Assembly: GCA_963675245.1 (NCBI GenBank)
Contig: OY775910.1
Location: 384,001 to 448,000, forward strand
Direction: 5' to 3'
DNA length: 64,000 bases
Source: Acholeplasmataceae bacterium
GTDB taxonomy: Bacteria > Bacillota_I > Bacilli_A > Acholeplasmatales > Acholeplasmataceae
The notes under the pieces are model-generated. The model was given only the letters and a program-made list of their open reading frames with translations, was not told the origin of the DNA and ran no database searches. Both the position numbers and the translations under genes were made by a program. Each line of letters opens with the position of its first letter. Position 1 is the stretch's first letter. Positions 19,558 to 32,530 of this stretch are shown here, one piece after another.

Positions 19558-21021
19558 GGTTCTCTGTCAAGGATAGGGGTACCGAATAAGTAAATCAATG
19601 AAAAGCGTATTTTTAGGTGATTCATCTAAATGCGTTTTTTCATTATGCACTTAATGTGTAATCTTTGTTGTAAAGAAAGAGAATTCTAGATCTGAACCTG
19701 TTGAAATCAGTAAATCCATAAGCTGTTCTTTTAATGACTTTAATAAAGTTATTAATACCTTCGACAATGCCATTCGTCATCTTTTTACGTGTTTCAGGAT
19801 GAAGGTCAAATGATTGAACGATTTCTTGACGCCAATTGATAAATGTTTTCTTAATATCTCTAAATTCTTTGGTGGTTGCGTGTCTGAGTAGATCAATGAA
19901 TTGATTGATAAAAGCCGGTGCCTCTTCATAAGATAATGTTTCTATGCTGGTTTGAAAGAGATCTTTAAGATGAAAAGCTTCTTTTAAATCCGGGTGAAGA
20001 TTCGCTGCGATATCATGTATGACATAATCATTGACGTTTTGTTCTAAGAGATGATGGTAGTAATAAGTGTCATTCAAGTCGCTCGGTGACTTCATCAAGA
20101 GCTTCCAATGCTTCTTTAATATCTTATAGTTGATAGAATCCTCATCAAATGTTTTCATAATGCGTATTCTTACGGCGTTGAATGACCAATAGATATATCT
20201 TAAGAAGTGGAATGTGTCTGCGATAATGCGCGCATGAGGTAAATAAGCTTTCACGATATTCCGGTACGGTGCCCATAGGTCCATAATGACGTTTTTAACG
20301 TTGCTGCGCTCTTCATAAGGTATTTGACTGAAGTAATTCTTTAACCAGTCTGTCCGTCTGTTTCTCATCACGTCTATCACTTTCTTGTTGATGGGATCAC
20401 AGATGACAAAGGCGTATTTGCCATAGCCGAGGTTGCGCTTTTTAAATTCATCAATACTGATCGTTTCAGATAGTTTTAACCTGCTCGGTTGGATGTGTTT
20501 ATCGATATGTCTCATCGCTGTTGGCACAGAGACATTCAAACGTTTCGCGATGGCTGTATAGCTTTGGACATATTCAGCTTCCCTTAAGATGTGATGCTTC
20601 GTGACATTGGATATCTTATTGAAACGCTCAACGAACTGATTAGGTTCTGGGAACCGCTTGTGGCAGTGTTTACAGACATACCGTCTTCGTCTGTATTTTA
20701 AATACACATGGTAGCCATTGATGACACCATGCTTAATGACTCTATCTCTATAGTCGTGAACTTTAGAAGTGTAACTCCCACAATGTGGACATAATTGATA
20801 GCCTTGTGTGAATCTCAAATGGACATGCATATCATTCTCAATGGTCTCTATTTGCTTAATCTTTAAGTGCTCGTCTTCAATTCTTAGTACTTTCTTGATA
20901 TAATTGTCTTGCATAAGTAAACTCCTTATCTAAAGTGTGTGGTTACCTTTATTATAAGATTTACTTATGCTTTTTTATATCCCTTTATAAAATCATCCAC
21001 CCCTAACATAATTATAGAGCC
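19558..21021 (-). mobile_element. ISL3-family insertion sequence, 1464 bp, with 8-bp target-site duplication TAAATAAA
   Basis: Ends GGTTCT...AGAGCC with imperfect IR (both share TAGGGGT); identical TAAATAAA at 19550-19557 and 21022-21029. Confidence 0.93.
19643..20914 (-). CDS. ISL3-family transposase
   Basis: Zn finger CPHCG...CKHC, ISIDEF, MDLWAPY, ADTFHF, TNGIVEGINNFIKVIKRTAYGF. Confidence 0.96.
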   Translation of the reverse strand: MQDNYIKKVLRIEDEHLKIKQIETIENDMHVHLRFTQGYQLCPHCGSYTSKVHDYRDRVIKHGVINGYHVYLKYRRRRYVCKHCHKRFPEPNQFVERFNKISNVTKHHILREAEYVQSYTAIAKRLNVSVPTAMRHIDKHIQPSRLKLSETISIDEFKKRNLGYGKYAFVICDPINKKVIDVMRNRRTDWLKNYFSQIPYEERSNVKNVIMDLWAPYRNIVKAYLPHARIIADTFHFLRYIYWSFNAVRIRIMKTFDEDSINYKILKKHWKLLMKSPSDLNDTYYYHHLLEQNVNDYVIHDIAANLHPDLKEAFHLKDLFQTSIETLSYEEAPAFINQFIDLLRHATTKEFRDIKKTFINWRQEIVQSFDLHPETRKKMTNGIVEGINNFIKVIKRTAYGFTDFNRFRSRILFLYNKDYTLSA

Positions 21022-21025
21022 TAAA

Positions 21026-21059
21026 TAAAAAGGTAGAAACTTCGGTTTCTACCTTTTTT
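21026..21059. terminator. Bidirectional terminator, probably the original terminator of the 994-aa lipoprotein gene
   Basis: AAAAAGGTAGAAAC-TTCG-GTTTCTACCTTTTT. Confidence 0.88.
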
Positions 21060-21066
21060 CTTTTTA

Positions 21067-21687
21067 TTATTTTTCAATGACTTCAACTTGATACTCTTCT
21101 AATTCACAAAAGGATAATAGTTTTTGATTGACTTCTTTAAATCCATAGATACGATGCTTTTTACCGTTGATCTCTAAATCAATTTTTTTATTGATAATCA
21201 TTTCGCTTTGTTTATGCTTGATATAAAACTTGAATACTGTATGCGCTTTATCTGATGATATAAACGGCTTTATTCCTTTTCTTCTTAAATCTAGTAATTA
21301 AATAGATGTTTCATATAATATCATCATCGTATAAATAGACTCTGAGTTCTTGCCTCTTTGAACAATACGATATAATGGTACTTTCGTTCCCTCAGATTCA
21401 TACTCATCATATAAGGTAAATGAAAAGTGAGCTACTTCTTTTCTATCTATTCGTTTCGCTGCTATATATAGAAAGAGCGAAATGATGAGAAACACTACCG
21501 GGAGTAGTAAGATAAACCAGCGATCGATGCCTTCTGATAAATCATCAGTGAATGTCAACACCAACCATATAACGATAAATTCTAAAAGCGCAATCAAAAT
21601 CAAGGCTAAGCTACTACTATATAAATTTCTTTTTAAATGTTTACGAAGTAATGCGTCGTACTCATATTTGGAAATGATTGTATTCAT
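21067..21687 (-). pseudogene. 2-TM hypothetical membrane protein interrupted by one in-frame TAA at 21298-21300
   Basis: Frame stays open after ...YETSI* as LLDLRRKGIKPFISS...YQVEVIEK* to a stop at 21067, next to the terminator. Confidence 0.7.
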
Positions 21688-21692
21688 CAGCT

Positions 21693-22613
21693 TTATTTTT
21701 TAGGTTTATAAAATCTCATACGATCAAGCACAGAAACCATATTTGTAAATGAACCTTCAGGTGTTTCTTCTAGTACTTCACCTAAAACAGTGAATTTAGA
21801 ATCAATCGTATCGATAAACCATAGAAGTAATGCTTCACCTGTTTGCGGTTTCTTAGGAGATCCAAAGTGGAATTGACCATGATGTGATAAGATCATATGT
21901 TTCAGCATTAACACATCTTCATGATCTGTATAACCGAGCTTATCAGCCATCTTATCAATAATGATCGTTTGCATGACTAAGTGTCCGATTAATAATCCTT
22001 CTTTCGTATACTCACCATCTACACCACTAATTTCATCTAGTTTAGACATATCATGCAAAATCGTTCCTGCATATAATAAATCTCTATTTAAGTATGGATA
22101 AACTTCAATGAAATTATCAATTAAAGATAACATTGTCAATGTATGATAAGCAAGTCCACCAACATAAGCATGATGGAATTTGGTTGCTGCCGGATGAAGA
22201 TAGAATTTCTTTTCTCTACTTTCATATATCGCTTTTGTGATATCTTTTAATACATTGTTTTTAATGTGAGATAAATAACCTTCAATCCCTTTTTTAATTT
22301 CAAATAAAGATTTAGGTGCGTACACATAAAAATGATCAAGCACATGCGATAACGCTTCTGGGCTTAAAACATCTTCAGCGGGAATCATATCAACACACTT
22401 TAAAACAAGTTCATCTTCTACTTTAAGTACTGCTTTTGTTGTAAACTGATATATCTTACCTTGGATGATGACATCTAGGTGATCCATCTCGAGCTTGATA
22501 TTCACGTGTTCTCCATCTTCAGTAAGAATGGTTGTGTTTGCGAAATGTATCCCTTGATTGATATTTTCTACTTTTCCTAAATACGTATAGGTTTGATTTT
22601 CTGTTAAATCCAT
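21693..22613 (-). CDS. yhaM: 3'-5' exoribonuclease YhaM-like HD-domain protein
   Basis: HPAATKFHHAYVGGLAYHT, ILHDMSK, LIGH, HMILSHHG. Confidence 0.88.
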   Translation of the reverse strand: MDLTENQTYTYLGKVENINQGIHFANTTILTEDGEHVNIKLEMDHLDVIIQGKIYQFTTKAVLKVEDELVLKCVDMIPAEDVLSPEALSHVLDHFYVYAPKSLFEIKKGIEGYLSHIKNNVLKDITKAIYESREKKFYLHPAATKFHHAYVGGLAYHTLTMLSLIDNFIEVYPYLNRDLLYAGTILHDMSKLDEISGVDGEYTKEGLLIGHLVMQTIIIDKMADKLGYTDHEDVLMLKHMILSHHGQFHFGSPKKPQTGEALLLWFIDTIDSKFTVLGEVLEETPEGSFTNMVSVLDRMRFYKPKK

Positions 22614-22623
22614 TGTGATTCTC

Positions 22624-23769
22624 CTATTCTAAATGGCTGAGCATATACGTCTTTAAAACTTCGTAATCATTTTTTAGATTGTGCTCAAGAATCTCTATGA
22701 CCATTTTCTTTTGTAGTTGCTTAACCCATGCACCAGCTTTTTTACCTGCAATGTCGATCATATCTGTCGGTCTTAATTTTAAATCCACTTCGCTTGTAAT
22801 TGGTAATTCGTGATAAGCTCTTTGGATATCAGCTGATTGCAGCTTTGCTCTGCCTAAAACAAAGTTTACTTTATTAGATAATAAGCAAAGTTCCAAGCCA
22901 TATTGATATAAATCCATCGCAGAAATTGCTGATTTTTGATTCGCTAGTTGACTCGCTACTTGATAGCGATGTTTATGTTTATTTGAGAATTTCCATACGT
23001 TTGGAATATTGCCATCGTTTAACGCGAAAGATGCTGTAAAGAATACTTCTACAAACAATTTTTCTGCATGTTCACTAAAGAATTCAATCCCTTCTTTTAA
23101 ACCAGGAAGAACTTCATGAACTCCTGTGGTGACCATTGATTTAAACGCACGTCTTAAATATTTTGATTTCACTGTTTTAACGAGTTCATCAATCACACGT
23201 TCATTCGCGATGTCACTAATGTTATCTTTTAATTCAAAAATTGCTTCTCTTGTATCTCGATCAATTTGAAAACCTAATTTCGCTTGGAAATAAAAAGCTC
23301 TTAACATACGAAGGGCGTCTTCATCAAAGCGTGTTTTTGGATCACCAATCGCTCTGATCATCTTCGCTTCGATATCTGCTTTTCCACCCACATGATCGAT
23401 GATGTTCATCTCCCCATCCATCAAGAGACCGTTCATCGTGAAATCACGACGTTTAACATCTTCAATCACTTGATCACTATACGTAACTTCCTCAGGATGT
23501 CTGTTATCTTGATAGTCACCATCTACACGGAAAGTTGTCACTTCATATTTATCGTCTTGAAACAAGACTGTAACTGTACCATATTTTAATCCAGTAGGCT
23601 TCGTTTCAAATAGCTTAGCCACTTGATAAGGCTTCGCATTTGTCGTGATATCGACATCATTCGATGGTATATGCAAAATATAGTCGCGCACTGCACCACC
23701 AACGACATAAGCTTCATAGCCTTCTCTTTTTAATATTTTAATTATTTTCATAGCCCCTTGAAGACTCAT
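22624..23769 (-). CDS. cca: CCA-adding tRNA nucleotidyltransferase
   Basis: VGGAVRD, DVDITT, EVTTFR, DVKRRDFTMN, RFDEDALRMLRA; start re-set to ATG 23769. Confidence 0.93.
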   Translation of the reverse strand: MSLQGAMKIIKILKREGYEAYVVGGAVRDYILHIPSNDVDITTNAKPYQVAKLFETKPTGLKYGTVTVLFQDDKYEVTTFRVDGDYQDNRHPEEVTYSDQVIEDVKRRDFTMNGLLMDGEMNIIDHVGGKADIEAKMIRAIGDPKTRFDEDALRMLRAFYFQAKLGFQIDRDTREAIFELKDNISDIANERVIDELVKTVKSKYLRRAFKSMVTTGVHEVLPGLKEGIEFFSEHAEKLFVEVFFTASFALNDGNIPNVWKFSNKHKHRYQVASQLANQKSAISAMDLYQYGLELCLLSNKVNFVLGRAKLQSADIQRAYHELPITSEVDLKLRPTDMIDIAGKKAGAWVKQLQKKMVIEILEHNLKNDYEVLKTYMLSHLE

Positions 23770-23830
23770 ATTTATCACCGTTTCTATTATACCAAAATTT
23801 TGCAAAGAAAAGGGCTAGACTCTAGCCCTA

Positions 23831-24685
23831 TTATTTAAGAAATATACCAATACCGACAACATCTGGTCCGATATGTGCACCAACAACTGGTGTGTTTGGT
23901 GACTCAAATAAATTTTCTAAACCTAGTTCTTCTTTAAGGATATGTTCAAAATGTGCTTTTAAAGTTGGGTTTCCTGTATATAAGATATAAGCATCAAATG
24001 CTTGATCTCCAACAAATTCTTTCACTTTTGAAGCAATCGTTGATAATGCTGTTTTAATGTTTCTGATTTTTTCAATTGAGACAATATGTCCCGTTTCTTG
24101 AACTTGCAATATGGGTTTAATTTTTAGAAGTTTTCCGACAAAAGCAGCAGCACCTGATAAACGTCCATTCATCACTAAATACCTGAGTGAATCAACTGCG
24201 AAGAATATCGTGTTTTTCTTTCTCATATCAGCAAGCTTTTCATCAATTTCTGTAAATGATTTTCCTGCTTGAATCATCTTATCTGCTTCTAATGCAAATA
24301 GTCCTTCTGCAAAACAAACGGTTAGTGTATCAAATACATGTACCTTAATATCGGGTTCTAATTCTTTAGCAGCAAGCGACACTGAATTATATGTCCCGCT
24401 TAATTTCGAAGAAAGAGTTGTCACATAAAATTCATCATAACCTTTTTCGTTATGTAGTTTTTTGAAATAGTCTACGACTTCACCAACTGATGGTTGACTT
24501 GTTTTAGGAACAAGTTCAGGTTGTGATCTTAAGATTTCATAAAATCTATCCGCTGTTAAATCTTGACCATCGGCATATCCGACTTCATCTAAAAATATCT
24601 TGATTCTAAGTATTTCAACTTGATGTGGTTGTTGATAATAATCTAGTCCCCCAGTTGAAGTATCAATGACGACACGTTTACCCAT
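23831..24685 (-). CDS. DegV-family protein (second paralogue)
   Basis: PKTSQPS, LSSKLSGTYNS, YLVMNGRL, IKPIL, PVVGAHIGP. Confidence 0.93.
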   Translation of the reverse strand: MGKRVVIDTSTGGLDYYQQPHQVEILRIKIFLDEVGYADGQDLTADRFYEILRSQPELVPKTSQPSVGEVVDYFKKLHNEKGYDEFYVTTLSSKLSGTYNSVSLAAKELEPDIKVHVFDTLTVCFAEGLFALEADKMIQAGKSFTEIDEKLADMRKKNTIFFAVDSLRYLVMNGRLSGAAAFVGKLLKIKPILQVQETGHIVSIEKIRNIKTALSTIASKVKEFVGDQAFDAYILYTGNPTLKAHFEHILKEELGLENLFESPNTPVVGAHIGPDVVGIGIFLK

Positions 24686-24773
24686 AACAGTCCTCCAAAA
24701 AAATCGTTCGTAACCATTATATCAAAGTTTACTTGATATTGATATCCTGTGTTATACTAATTTCGGTGATCAT

Positions 24774-25376
24774 ATGTTTTATATCAAAGACATTACAGAA
24801 AATGAAATCGTCATCAATCGTTCACGTTTTATCGCGATTGCTTATCCATTAACTACGGAACAAGATTATCATACGTGTATAGCAGATGCTAAAATCAGGT
24901 ATCCTAAAGCGACACACTATACCCATGCCTATGTATTTGGTACACAAGGAGAGCATGCACATTTGGATGATGATGGTGAACCATCAAGAACGGCGGGCAT
25001 GCCTATCTATGATGTATTAAGACATCACGACATCACGAATATTATGATGATTGTTGTTCGCTATTTTGGTGGTGTTAAACTTGGTGCAGGTGGACTTATA
25101 CGTGCTTATACATCAGCAGCTGCAGATGTCTTGAAGATCGTTCAACGTTATGAAATCAAACGTGTATATCGCTATGTCATAACTTTCCCATATGCGTTAG
25201 CCGGAAAAATAGATCAGTTATTTGAAGGTCATGGCATCATAAAGCATCGTACATTTACAGATACGTTAACTTATGACTGTTTATTAAATGATGACAATCT
25301 TTTGTTCTTAGATCAGTTTACACATCTCATCAAATATAAACGACTCAACTCCGTCGATGAATTGGTTCCTGTTTAG
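24774..25376 (+). CDS. YigZ/IMPACT family protein
   Basis: SRFIA, ATHYTHAY, DDDGEPSRTAG, VVRYFGGVKLGAGGLIRAY. Confidence 0.93.
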   Translation: MFYIKDITENEIVINRSRFIAIAYPLTTEQDYHTCIADAKIRYPKATHYTHAYVFGTQGEHAHLDDDGEPSRTAGMPIYDVLRHHDITNIMMIVVRYFGGVKLGAGGLIRAYTSAAADVLKIVQRYEIKRVYRYVITFPYALAGKIDQLFEGHGIIKHRTFTDTLTYDCLLNDDNLLFLDQFTHLIKYKRLNSVDELVPV

Positions 25377-25619
25377 GGACCTTTTTTGTTTACAGAAAGT
25401 GTTTCATAAATGTATGGTGTGATAAAATTAATTTAATTTCTATTTATATCATCATTAATCAATACTTTATCAGATGAAAAAACAACACTATTACAATATG
25501 GAAATTAATGATTTTTGATCTCTATTTTTTGATGTGTTTTCACATTTCAAAAATTTTCTATTTACACTTTTTAAACAGGAAAAATGAAAGGACATTTTTT
25601 TGAAATTGTTTTAGTTAAC

Positions 25620-25639
25620 CTTTCAAGACGTCTTGAAAG
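25620..25639. repeat. Perfect 20-bp palindrome in a long intergenic region
   Basis: CTTTCAAGAC|GTCTTGAAAG. Confidence 0.9.
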
Positions 25640-26055
25640 TGATATTAAAGTGATATCATATGAAACACCGTATAAACTCTTTATAAAGCCACTTTCAAGC
25701 CATCTAATTTAGACTCAAACATGCATAGTGTATGTTGATTAAAAACGAAACACGACAAAAAGTCATCCATAAAAGTCTGAAAGACTAAACAGAAGATTCT
25801 AAAAAAAATTCTAATCAAAAAGTGAATATGGACGTTTTTTTAGACTAAATGTTACGAAAAACGAGGTTATTGTTTTAGTGACGCGATTATCAAGTGTTTT
25901 TTAAGTGATTAAGAAGAGTCGATCATCATGTCACTCCTTTTGATATAAATCCAATTTTTTAAACATATGATCTCTGATTCTCATCATTAAATAAAAAGAC
26001 CAAACCACATATCACACTTGAGATGTTGTTTGGTCAATTTCATTAATCATGAAAA

Positions 26056-27624
26056 CTATATCACGAATTCACCGTTTTCAAAAGCAGTACTTGAGACTGT
26101 TTCAAGTAGCCAATCAATCCGTGAATCTACATAATTTTTTAAATATTCAATTTGTTTGATATAGGTGTTCGCTGCAACCACTTCAGTTGGATTTGGCCAA
26201 ATATATATATCCAAAGTTGGCCATAATATGAAGTTTTCATTCACTCTATTTAACATTGATTGTGAAACATCCGTCATTATTTTATCAGCTACCGTCTTAA
26301 GGGTTGGTAATATTTCTAGTGCGCGTTCTTGATATCTCAAACGCACTTCTGGTATTTCCATGATGAGATGATACCAATAGTTTTTATCTGACCTTAATCC
26401 ATAAAATCCTTCAGGCGAATAATCAATGTAATCAGCATTGCCATAAGCGAAATCAAAATCCCATAACGGTCCGAATTTTAATTGTTCACTATCTTTCTTC
26501 TTATATAAATAAACACTTGAATAACCTACATCAACATTCTTGGTTATTTCTTGTAAGAGGAAATAATCGATCCAATTATCAATATCAACATAGACACTAA
26601 TATCATCAATATTATCTGCGTTTTTAATGCTATCTGAGACATCTTTTAAATAGCTTGCTATTGCTTCATTAAATGTCGGTGTAAATGCTTCATCTTCATA
26701 ATCTGGTTCTTTTATGTTGTAAGCAATCCCATTATAAAATGTCCATTGTCTAGGATCAGTATCTGGGTTATCATCTGCATAATATCGATTGTCATATTCG
26801 ATAAAAAACGATAAATTATTGGTATTAAAATCAATATCAAAATCCAATTTATTCTCTTTAATTTCAACTTGTTCTGTTAAAACATATAATCCACGATATT
26901 CTAAATTGATATATAAATCAACGTATCTTGTTTCTAGTGCATGTTCAATACCAGATAGCTGTTTTGATAATTCATGCGTTAAGACATTTCTTAATAATGA
27001 TTTATCTGCGTATTCAGCAAGCAATACATATTCTTTTGCTTTAGGTAATCCTAATAAACTAATCTTTTCATCAAATTTTAGTTTGTATGGTTTCTTAGGG
27101 TAAGTGTACCATGTTGAATGACCTCTTCCTCTTATACGACCAACAACGTTTGATTCTATGAGATCCATCTGACCATTGACATTCGTCATTAAGGATGTTT
27201 CCATCGCGATATAGTCATCACGATTAATATCCTCAACATCACCATCAATATGAATATAAAGTGATGATTGGTGTTCAGCGGTTGTACCTGATAAAACACG
27301 TACATGATGATCAAATGTCAATGTCGTATTTTCTCTTGAAATAGTATATTGCATAATTACTTCTTCATCTTGATAAGATGGGTGATATGTATAACGATCG
27401 CCTTCCTCATATGTCATATCATTTAGCATATACGTTACATTAAAAGGATCATATGATGGAAACTCATAATCGGATGATAGGATTTCAGGAAGGGTTTCGT
27501 TGATGGTCGTTGATATCGCTCTGATCTCATCACTATAATCGTTTTCTTCTGGTAAAACAACTTGACATGCAATAAGACCTATAAGCAACATCGCGTATAT
27601 GAATAAACCAGTTATTTTTTTCAT
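26056..27624 (-). CDS. CotH-family kinase lipoprotein
   Basis: Lipobox LIAC; IRGRGHST, KKPYKLKF, YRGLYVLTE, NVD, GPLWDFDFAYGN. Confidence 0.88.
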   Translation of the reverse strand: MKKITGLFIYAMLLIGLIACQVVLPEENDYSDEIRAISTTINETLPEILSSDYEFPSYDPFNVTYMLNDMTYEEGDRYTYHPSYQDEEVIMQYTISRENTTLTFDHHVRVLSGTTAEHQSSLYIHIDGDVEDINRDDYIAMETSLMTNVNGQMDLIESNVVGRIRGRGHSTWYTYPKKPYKLKFDEKISLLGLPKAKEYVLLAEYADKSLLRNVLTHELSKQLSGIEHALETRYVDLYINLEYRGLYVLTEQVEIKENKLDFDIDFNTNNLSFFIEYDNRYYADDNPDTDPRQWTFYNGIAYNIKEPDYEDEAFTPTFNEAIASYLKDVSDSIKNADNIDDISVYVDIDNWIDYFLLQEITKNVDVGYSSVYLYKKKDSEQLKFGPLWDFDFAYGNADYIDYSPEGFYGLRSDKNYWYHLIMEIPEVRLRYQERALEILPTLKTVADKIMTDVSQSMLNRVNENFILWPTLDIYIWPNPTEVVAANTYIKQIEYLKNYVDSRIDWLLETVSSTAFENGEFVI

Positions 27625-27656
27625 ATCTTTCTCCCTTTAAAGTAAAAGGCGTATTT

Positions 27657-27872
27657 CTACGCCTGTAAAAAACCTTGAAATAATGTTGAAAGGCGAACCA
27701 TGACTTCAGCTAATGTGTGAGCTGCGATTAATGCAATTAAAAAGTAAGCTGCCTTTATCTCCCAAACTTTAAACTTTTCAAATTTATTTTCAAAGTGTAT
27801 CGCTTGTAAAATACGAACGACAATTGCGAAAAAGATAATTAGTGATGTGAAATAAACAATGGATTCCATCAT
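27657..27872 (-). CDS. DUF1146/YwzB-like small membrane protein
   Basis: 71 aa, 2 TM, LQAIHFENKFEK; position right after atpC matches Firmicutes ywzB. Confidence 0.7.
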   Translation of the reverse strand: MMESIVYFTSLIIFFAIVVRILQAIHFENKFEKFKVWEIKAAYFLIALIAAHTLAEVMVRLSTLFQGFLQA

Positions 27873-27887
27873 ATAGATTCACTCCTT

Positions 27888-30505
<2,618 letters not shown>

Positions 30506-30506
<1 letters not shown>

Positions 30507-32011
30507 TATACGACCTTCTTCACATCGTGCACGAATTTGTGCATATCCTTTTCATCAGGAAGTGATTTTGTTTCAATTAAATGTTTATAAATCTTTTGGC
30601 CTAAATCGTTGTGGTGTAATCCTTGATGAATTTCACCTTGTAATTTAACGACTTGTTCCAAGTTAAGATCATCCATCATCCCACTTGATAATGCATAAAT
30701 CGTAACGATTTGTGTCGGCATTTCAATCAGTTCATGCACGTCTTGTTTCAAGATTTCAACAGTCTTTCTACCACGTTCTAAACGACGTTTTGCTTGTTGG
30801 TCTAAATCTGATCCAAATTGAGCAAATGATTCAAGTTCACGGTAGTTTGCTAAATTAATACGAAGCGTACCAGCCACTTTCTTCATCGCTTTCCATTGAG
30901 CAGCACCACCAACACGTGATACGGATAAACCGGCGTTAATCGCTGGACGGATACCACTGTAGAACAATTCAGTTTCTAAGAAGATTTGTCCATCTGTAAT
31001 CGAAATAACGTTGGTTGGAATATAGGCTGAAATATCGCCTGCTTTCGTTTCAATGATTGGAAGAGCGGTAATCGATCCACCACCAAGTTCCTCATTTAAT
31101 TTCGCAGAACGTTCAAGTAATCTTGAATGAAGATAGAAAACATCCCCAGGATATGCTTCACGTCCTGGTGGGCGTCTTAAGAGTAATGATAATTCACGAT
31201 ACGCAATCGCGTGTTTCGATAAATCATCATACACGATTAACACATCTTTACCTTGAGCCATGAAGTACTCACCCATCGTTACACCTGCAAATGGTGCAAG
31301 ATATAGTAGTGTCCCTTCTCTTGACGCACCGGCTGATACGATAATGGTGTAATCCATTGCATGTTGTTGTTGCAGTAATTGTGCTAATGCAGTGACAGAA
31401 GATTCTTTTTGTCCAATCGCCACATAAATACAAATAACGTCTTTACCTTTTTGATTGATAATGGTATCAATGGCTAACGTTGTTTTACCTGTTTGTCTAT
31501 CCCCAATAATAAGTTCACGTTGACCGCGCCCAATAGGTACAAGCGCATCAATGACTTTAATCCCTGTTTCCATAGATTCATTAACTGGTCCACGAGACAT
31601 AACGCCTTTCGCTTTACGCTCAACAGGTAACGTTTCTTTGGTTTCGATTAATCCAAGACCATCTAAAGGTTCTCCTAATGGATTAACAACACGTCCAAGC
31701 ATCGCTTTGCCAACAGGTACTTCAAAGATCTTTTTGGTTGTTTTAACCAAATCGCCTTCTTTAATCAAATCGCCTTGACCTAAAAGAATCACCCCAACGT
31801 GGCTTTCCTCCAAGTTAAAGACTAGGCCTTTAACATGATGTGGGAATTCTAATAATTCACCCATCATCGCTTGATGAAGACCGTATACAATGGCAATCCC
31901 ATCCCCTACGGACAAGACTTTACCAATATTTTCTAATTTAACATCCGATTCAAAAGATTCAATTTGCTGTTTAATGACCTCAGTCATTTCAGTTACTTTA
32001 ATCTTTGACAT
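30506..32011 (-). CDS. atpA: ATP synthase F1 alpha
   Basis: [36 protein letters not shown]. Confidence 0.98.
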
Positions 32012-32023
32012 AATTTCACCACC

Positions 32024-32530
32024 TTATAGTGTCGTAAATAGTTCATCGAGCTCACGTGCAATTGATCTATCTAGAGAGACCCCTTGATAGATAATCTTAA
32101 GTCCACCAATTAATGCTTTATCGACTCTTAGGTGGAGATCGATGGTCATATTTTTAAAACGAGGTTGTAGCCTTTTAATGAGTAATTCTTCTTGTTTCTT
32201 TGAAAGTTTTTCTGCAGCATATACATTCACATGCGCAATTTGTTGTTGTTTGCGAATAAGTCTGATCCAATCATGATAGACATCAAAAAATAATGACATA
32301 TGATTTTTACGAATCATTGTTTTTAGGCATGCCGTAAGGGTTGGTGATAAATTTAATTTATCAACCTTATCATCCTTATCTTTCAATTCATACATCGGAG
32401 AGTCCAGTAATTCTAACCACGTAGGATGTTCAAACACAATATCATGAAGTCGATCAAATTCAGTTGTGATTTGATCGATGTCATTGCGTTTTTGTGCAAC
32501 CTCCATCAGTGCCTTTGCATAATCACTCAT
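32024..32530 (-). CDS. atpH: ATP synthase F1 delta
   Basis: YAKALMEVA, VDKALIGGL, LDRSI; start likely MSDY (32530) after GAAAGGA SD. Confidence 0.9.
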   Translation of the reverse strand: MSDYAKALMEVAQKRNDIDQITTEFDRLHDIVFEHPTWLELLDSPMYELKDKDDKVDKLNLSPTLTACLKTMIRKNHMSLFFDVYHDWIRLIRKQQQIAHVNVYAAEKLSKKQEELLIKRLQPRFKNMTIDLHLRVDKALIGGLKIIYQGVSLDRSIARELDELFTTL

